Shown: positions 19,000 to 29,028 of the stretch, one piece after another
How the letters are laid out: every line of letters begins with the position of its first letter
Position numbering within the stretch: position 1 is the stretch's first letter
DNA from: Candidatus Poribacteria bacterium
GTDB taxonomy: Bacteria > Poribacteria > WGA-4E > WGA-3G
NCBI GenBank assembly: GCA_965214095.1
Contig: OZ243938.1
Span: 4,864,001 to 4,928,000, forward strand
Length of the DNA stretch: 64,000 bases
Direction: 5' to 3'
The notes under the pieces: model-generated
What the model was told of the DNA's origin: nothing
What the model saw: the letters and a program-made list of their open reading frames with translations, nothing else
Database searches by the model: none
Made by a program: the position numbers and the translations under genes

Positions 19000-19728
19000 T
19001 CAATGCGTGAGTGTATAAACAATAGCATTTATACCCATTTGAAATGCCATGTCTGAGAACTTACGAGGATAGTAAGGCTCTGCTGCATTCTGCCATGCAT
19101 CTCCTAAGTCAGTATTGAAGTTTATCATCATCATAATTCGACCATGGTCATCAAAGACACCCATGCATCGTACGTCAAAACCATCCTTTTCATGTGTTCT
19201 TCCTGCACGATATGCTGCAGGGGCGGGGATTTGCATCAGACTCTTAATTTCGTAGAAGCAGTCAAAGAGAGGGTGTGACATCGGTATATCTCTCGGTTCG
19301 CGTTTTGGGAATATTTTCTTGTATTGTTTATAAAATCTTTTCCACTGTTCTGTTCCGTGAAAATCATCTGTCATGATAAAACCACCACGCAAAAGATATT
19401 CGCGGAGATTGGCAGCTTCTTTTTTCGAAAGGTTAAGTCTACTCAATTCTGCGATATATGCAAAAGGATAGTCAAAAAGTTCAGATGAACCTACCTCAAT
19501 TATAGTTTCTTGTGGACTTGCTTTTATGTTTGTCTGTTTGCGAAGTTGAGTAAGTAGGTTTCGGTCTGCAGCGGGGTAGTCTATATCCCATAGACTCTTA
19601 TACCGAAAACTACCATTATATTTCAATCGGACAAAGGTAAAATCGTATAGTGACTCATCACCGATGGAATCTGGATTGATGAATAGAGCAAAGGTTATTA
19701 TAATAAGTGTGATTGGTATATGTTTCAT
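19000..19728 (-). CDS. DUF4159-domain secreted protein
   Basis: FTFVRLKY, W..DYP.AD.NL, LFDYPFAY, LREYLLRGGF..TDDF, NTDLGDAW, MGINAIVY.LTH motifs. Confidence 0.85.
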   Translation of the reverse strand: MKHIPITLIIITFALFINPDSIGDESLYDFTFVRLKYNGSFRYKSLWDIDYPAADRNLLTQLRKQTNIKASPQETIIEVGSSELFDYPFAYIAELSRLNLSKKEAANLREYLLRGGFIMTDDFHGTEQWKRFYKQYKKIFPKREPRDIPMSHPLFDCFYEIKSLMQIPAPAAYRAGRTHEKDGFDVRCMGVFDDHGRIMMMINFNTDLGDAWQNAAEPYYPRKFSDMAFQMGINAIVYTLTH

Positions 19729-19864
19729 TGGAAAGCAATCCTGTATTTTTTATAGAGTTTTTCTCAAATTATATCATGTGCTTGGAAGTATGTAAATGCG
19801 AAGTTTGATTGGAATGTATTTGGTAAGAAAATAGGTCCACTTAAACTCAAAGAATTTTGTTGTC

Positions 19865-22800
19865 CTATTTGTCAAGTGCGTAACGAAGTACACCGCGCCC
19901 TCTTGTTCCTACATAAAGGGTATTTACATCAACATCAAGACATGTAACCAGATAGGGAATTTTGGGTGTGACTTGTTGCCACATAAGAATATCACTGTTT
20001 ACCTTGTATATCATATTCTTTGCTTCACCGTATACCGTTGTCCCATCCACTGTAAACATTGTAATAATAAGTGGTTTTCCTTCTTCATCAGTGATTATTT
20101 GCCAATCAATACCGTCGCTTGATCTAATAACACCTTTGTCCGTTGCTACATAGACAAAGTTGTCAGCTAAAACTATTGCCTTGAAATGATCTACAAAATA
20201 TGGTAGGTTTTCTGATACATCGGTCCAAGTCAGTCCTTCATCAAGAGATTGCATCAGTTGCCCTTCTTTTTCGCCGACGTAAATTGTGTATTCAGACACT
20301 GCAAATCTAAATCCTACAGCATCTATAAATGAATTATTTGCATAGCAAAAAGACCTATCTTCACTAACCCCTTTATCTAATAACCCCGTATTGAACCATT
20401 CGGTATTACCCGGTTTCCATCTAAAGAGTTGATAGTTGTATTCAACATAATATATTCCATTAATAACAGCAAGACCGCCAAACTGCGATTCTGAGAAGAG
20501 ACCGTTACCATGGGATATATTTCGTCCCATAAAACCGGTAGGACGATTTAATTGAAGGTTTTCCTTCCGCCGATCAATTTTGTCTAAAATTGGCATTTCA
20601 GACACTTTGATAAGACTATTGTCTTGAGTGGAAAGACGGAAAAAACGAGGGGCACCTAATTTATCGTCTCTCACGAAAATTTCTCCATTGGATTCCATAA
20701 TACGTGTGATAAAACCTGTATCACCTTTAACAGGAGACCAAGTTTCACCACCATCGCTTGAATTGACAAATCCATCTATCGAATTAGCATACAGATTACC
20801 ATCAACAGCAATCAATTGCCAAATATCTGTAGCTACAAGTCCGGAATTAAATTGATTCCATGATTCACCACCGTCTGTCGTGCGATGTATCCCGTAGTTT
20901 CCGCTTCTGTAGTAGGTGTCCTCATTTACCATAACTATTGCAGAAGCATTTCCTAGATCCACTGTGTCTTTGGTTTTCCAGGTTTTCCCAGAATCTGACG
21001 AATAGTAGTGTTTCGTTTGATCTACAAGTGTAACATTGTTTCCTTTTACACTAATTTTTAATGGACTGTATAATAATTTATGTGAGGCTTTAGTTTCTTT
21101 ATTCTTTGTGTCTTTTTTGTCCGGTGAAATCACTTTCATTAAATTTACTATGGACAACTCCTTTTTATCTGTATTGTTTTTTCTCGGTGTAATTTTTTCC
21201 CATGTAGTCCCATGATCACTTGATACGAAAAGTTCCCAAGACAAACCTTTTGCTGCCCTTGGGTGCATGATGGGTGTATTCTCGAGAATCGAACGAAAGC
21301 CAATATCAATATGATAACTTCTGGCAACATAGAGAACATTATCAATAACTTCCATAGATATAATTGGTAAATATGTACTTTTTTCACCTATTTCATCAAG
21401 GAATATTTCCTCCCATGTATTTCCATCAAGCCGATAGAGTCCTTTATTTGTGCCGACAAATACCGTGTTTTCTATAACAGCTATCGCACGTGGTTCAATG
21501 TTTGGATAATTCTTGTCAAAAAGTGTCAGACGATTCCAAGATGCACCATTATCATCTGAACGGTATACACCGTTATCTTCAGAAAAGGTAAATTCATCGG
21601 AAAGACACAAGTAAAATGTATCGTCAAGAATCACTATTCCAATAAGTCCACCGCCTGGATGGACAGAAAATGTGTTCCATGTCTGTCCTCTATCTTTGGA
21701 TGACAGGATTTCTCTATTTGATACAAGATACAAGATACCGTCTCTTTCAACCATTGGACCGGATGGCATGCCACTCAATTGTTTTCTATGTGAGAATATA
21801 TTTCGATGGTTAATAAGTTCCCACTTACTTTTATCATCTGAGAGTCTGAAGATACCACTATGTGTTCCTGCAAATACATCTCCATCGTTTGTTGCGTAGA
21901 GATTAGCAACAACTCCACCAACAGGCCCCTGAGTTTGTCTCCATTGTCCTTTCTTATCTGATGTGCCATTATCCTCTTGTGATGCAGCATTACGTGTTGT
22001 GTCAGGATTATGTCCAGTGTTATTGCTATTATTGGTTATATTTGTAAATCCAACTCTGTTTTTAACTGTAGGTTCTGTTGGAGATTCTAAGAAGATTGGA
22101 ACGTCAACGATTTCAATAGTTGATTCAGATGCAGCCTCTAAACTATACGGTATTTGGTAACGATATAAGTTTTGCGTACCCACACCCATCAGTAGAAAGA
22201 CGAATATAGCAGAGACAGCAGATACTGCGAACGGGACAAATGGTTTGGGTGCAGTTGTAGGTGATGGTTTTAGTTGTGATATTTTCTTCATAATGTTTTC
22301 TGTCATTTGAGTTGGCAGTTGAAAACTATTTAGGTTCTCTTTTATCATTGATTCTTCCTTCTTCATTTTGTTTCGTGCCCGGTGTAGTCTACTTCTAACA
22401 GTGTTAGGAGATACTCCCAGAAACTTACCGATTTCTTCGCATGTCATTTCAGCAATGTAATACATTGTTACGACTGTTTTCTCACTTTCTTGCAGCTTGC
22501 TTAGCAGTTTTCGTACTAATGCTCGCTGTTTTCGATTGGCAGCTTCTTCGCGTTTACTGGTCATATAATTGGAATAATATACCTCCTCTAATTCAACAGG
22601 ATTAGTCGTTTCTAACGATTGTGGCTGCGGTTTTTTCTTTCTGTGCCACGCAATACATTTGCGATTGGTAATCACATAGAGCCATCCAACAAAGCAATTA
22701 TGGTTAGTAAGTGTGGCAAGTTTTTGGTATGCTGTAAGGAACGTATCTTGTGTAATCTCTTGAGCAATATGGAAATCACCAATTTTTTGCCATGCCAGTG

Positions 22801-22897
22801 CATGTACCTGTTTTTGGTATTTATTTACAAGAGTAGCAAAGGCTTTCTCATCACCGTCTAATGTGTGTTGAATCAGTTCAGAATCATCGTTTTTCAT
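19865..22897 (-). CDS. ECF sigma factor-TM-BNR beta-propeller fusion
   Basis: GAGGT RBS before ATG 22897. Sigma regions 2 and 4. TM FAVSAVSAIFVFLLMGVG. Propeller repeats. Confidence 0.9.
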   Translation of the reverse strand: MKNDDSELIQHTLDGDEKAFATLVNKYQKQVHALAWQKIGDFHIAQEITQDTFLTAYQKLATLTNHNCFVGWLYVITNRKCIAWHRKKKPQPQSLETTNPVELEEVYYSNYMTSKREEAANRKQRALVRKLLSKLQESEKTVVTMYYIAEMTCEEIGKFLGVSPNTVRSRLHRARNKMKKEESMIKENLNSFQLPTQMTENIMKKISQLKPSPTTAPKPFVPFAVSAVSAIFVFLLMGVGTQNLYRYQIPYSLEAASESTIEIVDVPIFLESPTEPTVKNRVGFTNITNNSNNTGHNPDTTRNAASQEDNGTSDKKGQWRQTQGPVGGVVANLYATNDGDVFAGTHSGIFRLSDDKSKWELINHRNIFSHRKQLSGMPSGPMVERDGILYLVSNREILSSKDRGQTWNTFSVHPGGGLIGIVILDDTFYLCLSDEFTFSEDNGVYRSDDNGASWNRLTLFDKNYPNIEPRAIAVIENTVFVGTNKGLYRLDGNTWEEIFLDEIGEKSTYLPIISMEVIDNVLYVARSYHIDIGFRSILENTPIMHPRAAKGLSWELFVSSDHGTTWEKITPRKNNTDKKELSIVNLMKVISPDKKDTKNKETKASHKLLYSPLKISVKGNNVTLVDQTKHYYSSDSGKTWKTKDTVDLGNASAIVMVNEDTYYRSGNYGIHRTTDGGESWNQFNSGLVATDIWQLIAVDGNLYANSIDGFVNSSDGGETWSPVKGDTGFITRIMESNGEIFVRDDKLGAPRFFRLSTQDNSLIKVSEMPILDKIDRRKENLQLNRPTGFMGRNISHGNGLFSESQFGGLAVINGIYYVEYNYQLFRWKPGNTEWFNTGLLDKGVSEDRSFCYANNSFIDAVGFRFAVSEYTIYVGEKEGQLMQSLDEGLTWTDVSENLPYFVDHFKAIVLADNFVYVATDKGVIRSSDGIDWQIITDEEGKPLIITMFTVDGTTVYGEAKNMIYKVNSDILMWQQVTPKIPYLVTCLDVDVNTLYVGTRGRGVLRYALDK

Positions 22898-22934
22898 GTG
22901 AGACCTCAATAGCAAAATGATACTTTAAAATATA

Positions 22935-22963
22935 TAGACGCGATTTTTGAAGCAATAATTGCA
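22935..22963 (-). promoter_or_regulatory. Putative ECF-type promoter TGCAAT-N17-CGTCTA
   Basis: Shared motif. CGTC in the -10 element is typical of ECF promoters. Confidence 0.65.
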
Positions 22964-23126
22964 TGTTTAATCGGAAAATGCAAATTGAAAAGGAATTGTT
23001 TCAATTAAAAGAAAAATGAATGATTGTAATTATAGGTCATCAGTTATGCAGTTTGTATCCGATAGAACTGATGCCACATTATTATAGCACATAGACTGAA
23101 ATACCTAAAACTCTAGCTCGTTTGGT

Positions 23127-23334
23127 CAGGGTTATTTAGTATTAAGTATTTTCCAATTGATTAGTTTTACTAAGAGTTAGGTTCAGATAATAGTTATGCA
23201 TAGTAGTAGGCACACTCCGTGTGCCGTCAAAATGTGAACGGGTTACGGCACACGGAGTGTGCCTACTACTATGCATCGCTTTATACTGATATGTGAACAA
23301 ATGTGTCAGAATTCCATAAAACTAAATATCCCTG
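23127..23334. mobile_element. CAGGG-TIR MITE carrying an inverted pair of GTAGTAGGCACACTCCGTGTGCCG REPs
   Basis: CAGGGTTATTTAGT...ACTAAATATCCCTG ends, the same as 35883-36068. Confidence 0.75.
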
Positions 23335-23461
23335 ATTTTCAGGATAAATTCTTGACAGTTAAATGGTATTGGATAGATATTAACTTCAATGCATCAGTTT
23401 TGGAATTGAAATCATCTTTTTACAATACAATTCAGTTGAAGAAATGTCTATTTTGAAACTC

Positions 23462-26374
23462 CTATTTGTCAAGTGCGTAACGAAGCACACCACGTCCAAA
23501 AGTTCCAACATAGACGTTACTCCCATCAACATCTAAGCATGTAGCGGAATATGGGATTTCTGGAGTAACTTTTTTCCATGTGCTAAGTTCCTCTTTTAGT
23601 TGATAGATAGTATTCTTTGCTAAGCTATACAATCTATTTCCATCAACATCAAACTTTATGACTTCAAGCGGTTTTCCTTCAATGTCTGGGACTGTTTTCC
23701 AATCTATCCCGTTGTTTGATCGTATAACACCCTTATCAGTTCCGACATATACATTCTGTTCAAGATAGGTAATGTCATGGAAAATCTCAACTGAGAATGG
23801 CAGGTTTTCAGTAACATTGTTCCAGGTATCACCTTCATCAAAGGATTGTAGGAGTTGACCGACTTGTTTTCCTACATATAAGGTCTTTCCTGAAACTGCA
23901 AGTTCAAAATTTGGGTTATATACCATCCTATCGTTGTCTTCATACTTTAATGAAGTAATGTACCATTCAGAAGTACCCGGTTTCCACCTCAATAACTGGT
24001 TTCTGAACTCTACATAGAATGTTGAATTACTGACTGCATAATTTGAGATCCTATCGGGTTCTTTAATTTCAACTCGTTGTAAGGAAGTGTCATCAATATC
24101 AACAGACAACTGAGGAATAGGATACGTATCAATTTCAATCCAATCAGAGTCATTAGACATCATTAATTTTGGCATGTCTTGAATATTCATTAGTTCATTT
24201 TCTTCATCTGAAAGACGCAAAATTGGATTATTTCCTTCAGATACATAAAGAACTCCATTATTGTCAACCATCAGACTATCACTATACTCATACAATGCAA
24301 CAGGTTCCCAGGACTTTCCATAGTCCATTGACGCTAAGATACCTTTATTTGCGACTCGAACATAAAGAATCTTATTCATAGATACGACATCCAATACCAT
24401 AGTTGCTATCAGACCAGCATTGAATTGATGCCAGTTCTTCCCTTCCTCTGTAGTTCTATAAATTCCCTGATAACCTGATTTATAGAAAGTATTTGAGTCA
24501 TATACTAATATACTCATAGTGCTGTATACTAAAGTTGAGTTAATTAAGTCCGGTAAAATCCAGTTTTCCCCGCCATCATTCGAAATATAATGATATCTAC
24601 CATCCACTAATAATATTTTGTCATCTTGAGCTGCGATTCTTGCCCCAATCCCACTTCCCATAGATCTCAAATGTGAGTCCTTATCTCTTGGATCTATACA
24701 ATCCCAAGTATTGCCATTGTCATTAGATTTATAGACAGTCCATCCCTTATGACTCAACATCAAGATTTTAGAATCCTTACTGACTGCAAAATTGTTTTCT
24801 TGACCTGTTACAACATAAATATGCTTTTCGGTTGCTACCATATCAAGGATTGAATCGTCTTTAGCATCTGCTTCTGGTGTTACAGACATAAATTCCCATT
24901 TCTCGTTATCATATCGGAACAATCCATCATCGGTACCGACAAAAACTGTGTTTTTAATGGCTGCGATAGAGCGGATTTTCCTATCTGTCAAACCTACTGA
25001 CAGTTCGATCCAAGTCTTACCCGTGTCAATTGATCGGAATACTGCATCGTGAAACGCAAGATAAATCGTAAGATCACTTTTTGAATCTGGAAGTCCATCT
25101 GCAAGTATCATGCCTATAGGTGTTCCCTCTTTTGACTTGCAGAAAAACTTCCATGTTTCTCCTCTATCTGTTGAAACCAATATCTCTGTGTCGTTTGCAA
25201 GATAAAGGTGTTCATACCTTTCTACAACAGGCCACCATAAATAACGTCTAATTTCACCGTGATAAATTGGACCCTCAATATTGTTAATAAGTTCCCATGC
25301 CGACCCATCATCATTCAGTCTGTAAAGTCCGTTTCGTGTTCCTGCAAAAACGTCTCCGTTTGTAGTTCTAAACAATGAAGGGACAGTTCCACCTTCCGGT
25401 CCTGTTGTTTGTACCCACTTCTGTTTTACGTTTGAGACCTCTGTCTGATCCTGTTGTGCTGCGGTAAAAAGAGAATCCTCAGAATTCAGTCCAATACCAT
25501 TGTTTTCGGTTGGTATGCTGGATTCACCAACACGGTTTCGACTTATTGGTTCTGTTTGAGATTCCACAAAATTTCGCACATCAACTATTTCAATCATAGA
25601 CTCAGACGATGCATCTATGCTATAAGGGGTTTGGTACTGATGTAACTTCATCGCACCTACTCCCATCAACAAAACTACAAAAATTGCAGAGGCAGCAGAC
25701 AAAACCCACGGAACGAATGGTTTACTGATAGGTGTAGTAGTCGGTGTCAGTTGTGATATTTTCTTCATAATGTTTTCTGTCATTTGTGTTGGCAGTTGGA
25801 AACTGCTTAGATTTTCTTTTATCATTGCTTCTTCCTTTCTCAATCTGTTACGTGCACGACTAAGTCGGCTTCTGATTGTATTTGAGGATACACCAAGAAA
25901 TTCACTAATTGAGTCACAAGACATTTCTCCAAGATAGTGAAGTGTCATCACTGTTCGTTCACTTTCTGGTAGCTTCTTCAGTAGATTTTGGACTAATTCC
26001 CTTCGTGCATCATCTGCATCTGCTTCCTGTTGCTCTTCAACATAAAATGTATATGCCACTTGGTCCACCTCTTTACTATCAACTGTCTCTATGGATTGTA
26101 TCGGTATACGTTTCTTTCTACACCATTTATAACATAGACGTGTGGCAATAACGTAAAGCCATCCAGAGAATAGATTATGATTCTTCAATGTTCCGAGTTT
26201 TTGGTATGCCTTGAGAAATGCATCTTGTGTGATTTCTTGGGCAATATGAAAATCACCTATTTTCTGCCATACCAGTGCATGAACACCTTTTTGGTATTTT
26301 TCAACTAATGTTGTAAATGCTGTTTGGTCACCGTCTAATGTTCGTTGAATCAATATGGAATCTTTATTCTTCAT
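23462..26374 (-). CDS. ECF sigma factor-TM-BNR beta-propeller fusion
   Basis: GAGG RBS. Sigma regions 2 and 4. TM WVLSAASAIFVVLLMGVG. Propeller repeats. Confidence 0.9.
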   Translation of the reverse strand: MKNKDSILIQRTLDGDQTAFTTLVEKYQKGVHALVWQKIGDFHIAQEITQDAFLKAYQKLGTLKNHNLFSGWLYVIATRLCYKWCRKKRIPIQSIETVDSKEVDQVAYTFYVEEQQEADADDARRELVQNLLKKLPESERTVMTLHYLGEMSCDSISEFLGVSSNTIRSRLSRARNRLRKEEAMIKENLSSFQLPTQMTENIMKKISQLTPTTTPISKPFVPWVLSAASAIFVVLLMGVGAMKLHQYQTPYSIDASSESMIEIVDVRNFVESQTEPISRNRVGESSIPTENNGIGLNSEDSLFTAAQQDQTEVSNVKQKWVQTTGPEGGTVPSLFRTTNGDVFAGTRNGLYRLNDDGSAWELINNIEGPIYHGEIRRYLWWPVVERYEHLYLANDTEILVSTDRGETWKFFCKSKEGTPIGMILADGLPDSKSDLTIYLAFHDAVFRSIDTGKTWIELSVGLTDRKIRSIAAIKNTVFVGTDDGLFRYDNEKWEFMSVTPEADAKDDSILDMVATEKHIYVVTGQENNFAVSKDSKILMLSHKGWTVYKSNDNGNTWDCIDPRDKDSHLRSMGSGIGARIAAQDDKILLVDGRYHYISNDGGENWILPDLINSTLVYSTMSILVYDSNTFYKSGYQGIYRTTEEGKNWHQFNAGLIATMVLDVVSMNKILYVRVANKGILASMDYGKSWEPVALYEYSDSLMVDNNGVLYVSEGNNPILRLSDEENELMNIQDMPKLMMSNDSDWIEIDTYPIPQLSVDIDDTSLQRVEIKEPDRISNYAVSNSTFYVEFRNQLLRWKPGTSEWYITSLKYEDNDRMVYNPNFELAVSGKTLYVGKQVGQLLQSFDEGDTWNNVTENLPFSVEIFHDITYLEQNVYVGTDKGVIRSNNGIDWKTVPDIEGKPLEVIKFDVDGNRLYSLAKNTIYQLKEELSTWKKVTPEIPYSATCLDVDGSNVYVGTFGRGVLRYALDK

Positions 26375-26410
26375 TGAATTTCCTCGGTGTAATTACTTCC
26401 CTTGTTTAAT

Positions 26411-26440
26411 TAGACGCGTCTCATGAAATGTATTGTTGCA
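26411..26440 (-). promoter_or_regulatory. Putative ECF-type promoter TGCAAC-N18-CGTCTA
   Basis: Shared motif, with a spacer one nt longer. Confidence 0.6.
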
Positions 26441-26592
26441 TTATTTTATGATATTGTAAAAAATGTATTTCGTTTTCTGTGTGAATATTCATAAATATTT
26501 TCAATTTGTACCTATATGTGTTATACTTTAACATAAGATCATTCAATCTATTCTATTTATTTTATCGTAAATTCACTTGTAGGAGGTGTTGA

Positions 26593-27393
26593 ATGGCACA
26601 GGTGATAACAGATGAACAGTGGGAACATTTTAAGGAACACGGTTTTGTACGTATTGGTCAGGTAGCCACAGATGATGAGTTTGCGCAGTTACAACTGCGT
26701 ATGGATGACATCATGCTTGGAAAAGCACCACTGAACTATGACCAAATTATGATGCAACTTGATAGGGAACCTGGCACAGACAGACCCGGTCCGCAATCCG
26801 CTGGACATAAAGGTGCGACGTTGTTGTATCGCAAAATACAAAATCTTGAATTTGACCCCCTATTTTTAGCATACCTACAAAACCCTACCTTTGAAGAAGT
26901 TTGTGAGAAGATATACGGTGAAGGTGTACCTATTCTATGTTTCCGTGCGATGTTTATGAATAAACCCGCAGGTGAGGGAACATACCTTGTATGGCACCAA
27001 GATCGCTGGACAGACCTTGACCGTGATCCACAGATTACTATCTATACTGCATTAGACCGCGCAACGATTGAAAACGGTTGTGTGCATATCATACCCGGAT
27101 CACATAGTAACCTTATAAACCCCTCTCACGGTTCAGGTTTCCTGAATCAAGAGCAGATTGATGAAATTGTTGAAAATTCCACTCCTTTACCCTTAGAATT
27201 AGAGGCAGGAGAGGTGGTATTATTGCACAATTGGTTGCTACACAGTTCTGGTACAAATGAGACAGATATTTCACGACGCGCATTTAGTGTATGTTATATG
27301 CACGGAGATACAAAGTCTCGCCATGGTGGAAAGTTTAGGCGCGTTTTCGGTGAAGGTGCTTTGAGTTTAGATGATTTGGCTAAAACAGCATAA
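26593..27393 (+). CDS. Phytanoyl-CoA dioxygenase (PhyH) family Fe(II)/2OG enzyme
   Basis: AGGAGG RBS. WHQD, NGCVHIIPGSH, LLH.S..N, RRA motifs. Confidence 0.9.
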   Translation: MAQVITDEQWEHFKEHGFVRIGQVATDDEFAQLQLRMDDIMLGKAPLNYDQIMMQLDREPGTDRPGPQSAGHKGATLLYRKIQNLEFDPLFLAYLQNPTFEEVCEKIYGEGVPILCFRAMFMNKPAGEGTYLVWHQDRWTDLDRDPQITIYTALDRATIENGCVHIIPGSHSNLINPSHGSGFLNQEQIDEIVENSTPLPLELEAGEVVLLHNWLLHSSGTNETDISRRAFSVCYMHGDTKSRHGGKFRRVFGEGALSLDDLAKTA

Positions 27394-27450
27394 ATATTAA
27401 ATTCAGGGTCTTTCTCTCAAGTAAACAGTATAACATTTTAGGAGTAAATA

Positions 27451-28455
27451 ATGTCAAAAATTCGGCTTGCCATGATTGGGTGTGGCGGCAATTCTTCTGG
27501 ACACGCAAGACGGATGAATTCTAATCCTGATGTGCAAATCGTTAGCACTTGTGATGTCAATACAGATATTGCAAATTCTTATATTGACCGAAATCTGTCC
27601 GACCTTAAACCACGTCCTGAAGGGTATGATAACATAACGAAAATGTTGTCTGAGACAAAACCTGATGCAGTTGTGATTTCCACTCCGCATACTTTACATT
27701 TTGAACAAGGCATGCAAGCTCTTGAAGCAGGTTGCCATGTTCTAATGGAAAAACCGATGGTTACATCTTCTGAAGATGCATACAAACTTGCTGAGAAAGT
27801 TGAGAAAACAGGACTAATATTGACAATCGGTTACAATACTCCATGTTCAGCTAATTTCCACTATATCCGTGAGATTGTTCGTAGTGGTGAGTTTGGAAAA
27901 TTGGAGTTAGTCGTCGGTTATATCACGCAAAACTGGAAGAAAGCAACGGTGGGGGCATGGCGGCAGAAACCGGAACTCTCTGGTGGCGGACAAGCGTATG
28001 ATAGCGGTGCACATCTATTGAACAGCCTCTGCTGGACAGTAGAATCGAAAGTTGAAGAAGTATATGCCTATACCGATAATCAAGAGACAGAAGTTGACAT
28101 CAATTCATCAATAAACATCAAGTTTGAAACCGGTGTGCTTGCATCAATGGTGATAAGTGGAAATTGTCCAAGTCCCGGTGGTACGCACATGGCACTCGTT
28201 TTTGACAACGGTAGAATAGAAGTAGATGGTTGGGGTGGTGGCTGGATACGTGTTTGGAAAGGTGGCGAAGCTTTGGATCCACCTCCGATTACACCTGAGA
28301 TGTCTGCAGGAAATCCAGATGATAATTTCATTGATGCAATTATGGGAAGGGCAGAACCACGCACCAATCCTTTGAATGGCATAATCCAATCAGAACTGAT
28401 GGATTTGATTTACGAGTCTGCGGAAACAAAAACACCTGCGCGTCCTAAACGGTAG
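27451..28455 (+). CDS. Gfo/Idh/MocA family oxidoreductase
   Basis: IGCGG, TPHTLH, HVLMEKPM, SGGG..YDSGAH motifs. Confidence 0.9.
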   Translation: MSKIRLAMIGCGGNSSGHARRMNSNPDVQIVSTCDVNTDIANSYIDRNLSDLKPRPEGYDNITKMLSETKPDAVVISTPHTLHFEQGMQALEAGCHVLMEKPMVTSSEDAYKLAEKVEKTGLILTIGYNTPCSANFHYIREIVRSGEFGKLELVVGYITQNWKKATVGAWRQKPELSGGGQAYDSGAHLLNSLCWTVESKVEEVYAYTDNQETEVDINSSINIKFETGVLASMVISGNCPSPGGTHMALVFDNGRIEVDGWGGGWIRVWKGGEALDPPPITPEMSAGNPDDNFIDAIMGRAEPRTNPLNGIIQSELMDLIYESAETKTPARPKR

Positions 28456-28476
28456 TCTTCATACAAAGGTGAAGAA

Positions 28477-28779
28477 ATGGATCTTTTAGTCAGCTTAAGT
28501 CTGTCTTTATTGGCATTCTTTGTTGCCATCATTAATGTTTTTCATGAGATTTCCAATAAATCTGATAATGACAAAACAGACATGTTCGGGAAAAAATACC
28601 GAAGACTATATTATCGTCCTGGACGAATCTGTCCAGAATGCGGTTTTAGGGCAATAACTCAAATTCCAACCTGTCCTTCATGTAAAACGAAATTTCTCAA
28701 AGATCGTATAAATAAAATTGCACATCCTTATTTCTCTCTGGACAGTGAAGGGAAAAAGATGCATCACAGACATTTGTGA
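28477..28779 (+). CDS. Small membrane protein with zinc ribbon
   Basis: N-terminal hydrophobic helix. CPECG...CPSC. Confidence 0.65.
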   Translation: MDLLVSLSLSLLAFFVAIINVFHEISNKSDNDKTDMFGKKYRRLYYRPGRICPECGFRAITQIPTCPSCKTKFLKDRINKIAHPYFSLDSEGKKMHHRHL

Positions 28780-28792
28780 TAACTTTCAAATC

Positions 28793-28997
28793 ATAGTAAG
28801 AATCATAATTATTTACACACTACGGTAGGTTCGGTTTCCTAACCGAACCGGTGTTTGTTCAGTGTAAGAATCATAATGGTTTACACACTACGGTAGGTTC
28901 GGTTTCCTAACCGAACTGGTGTTTGTTCAGTCTCATAAATGCGGTTAGGAAACCGCATCTACCGAAGAGTGTGCACGTATATTTACATTTCACCATA
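28793..28997. repeat. Copy of the 4052 element family with an internal 68-bp tandem duplication
   Basis: GTAAGAATCATAAT...GGTGTTTGTTCAGT occurs at 28796 and again at 28864. Confidence 0.8.
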
Positions 28998-29028
28998 ATA
29001 ATCAGACTATTAACTATAGGAACTATAA

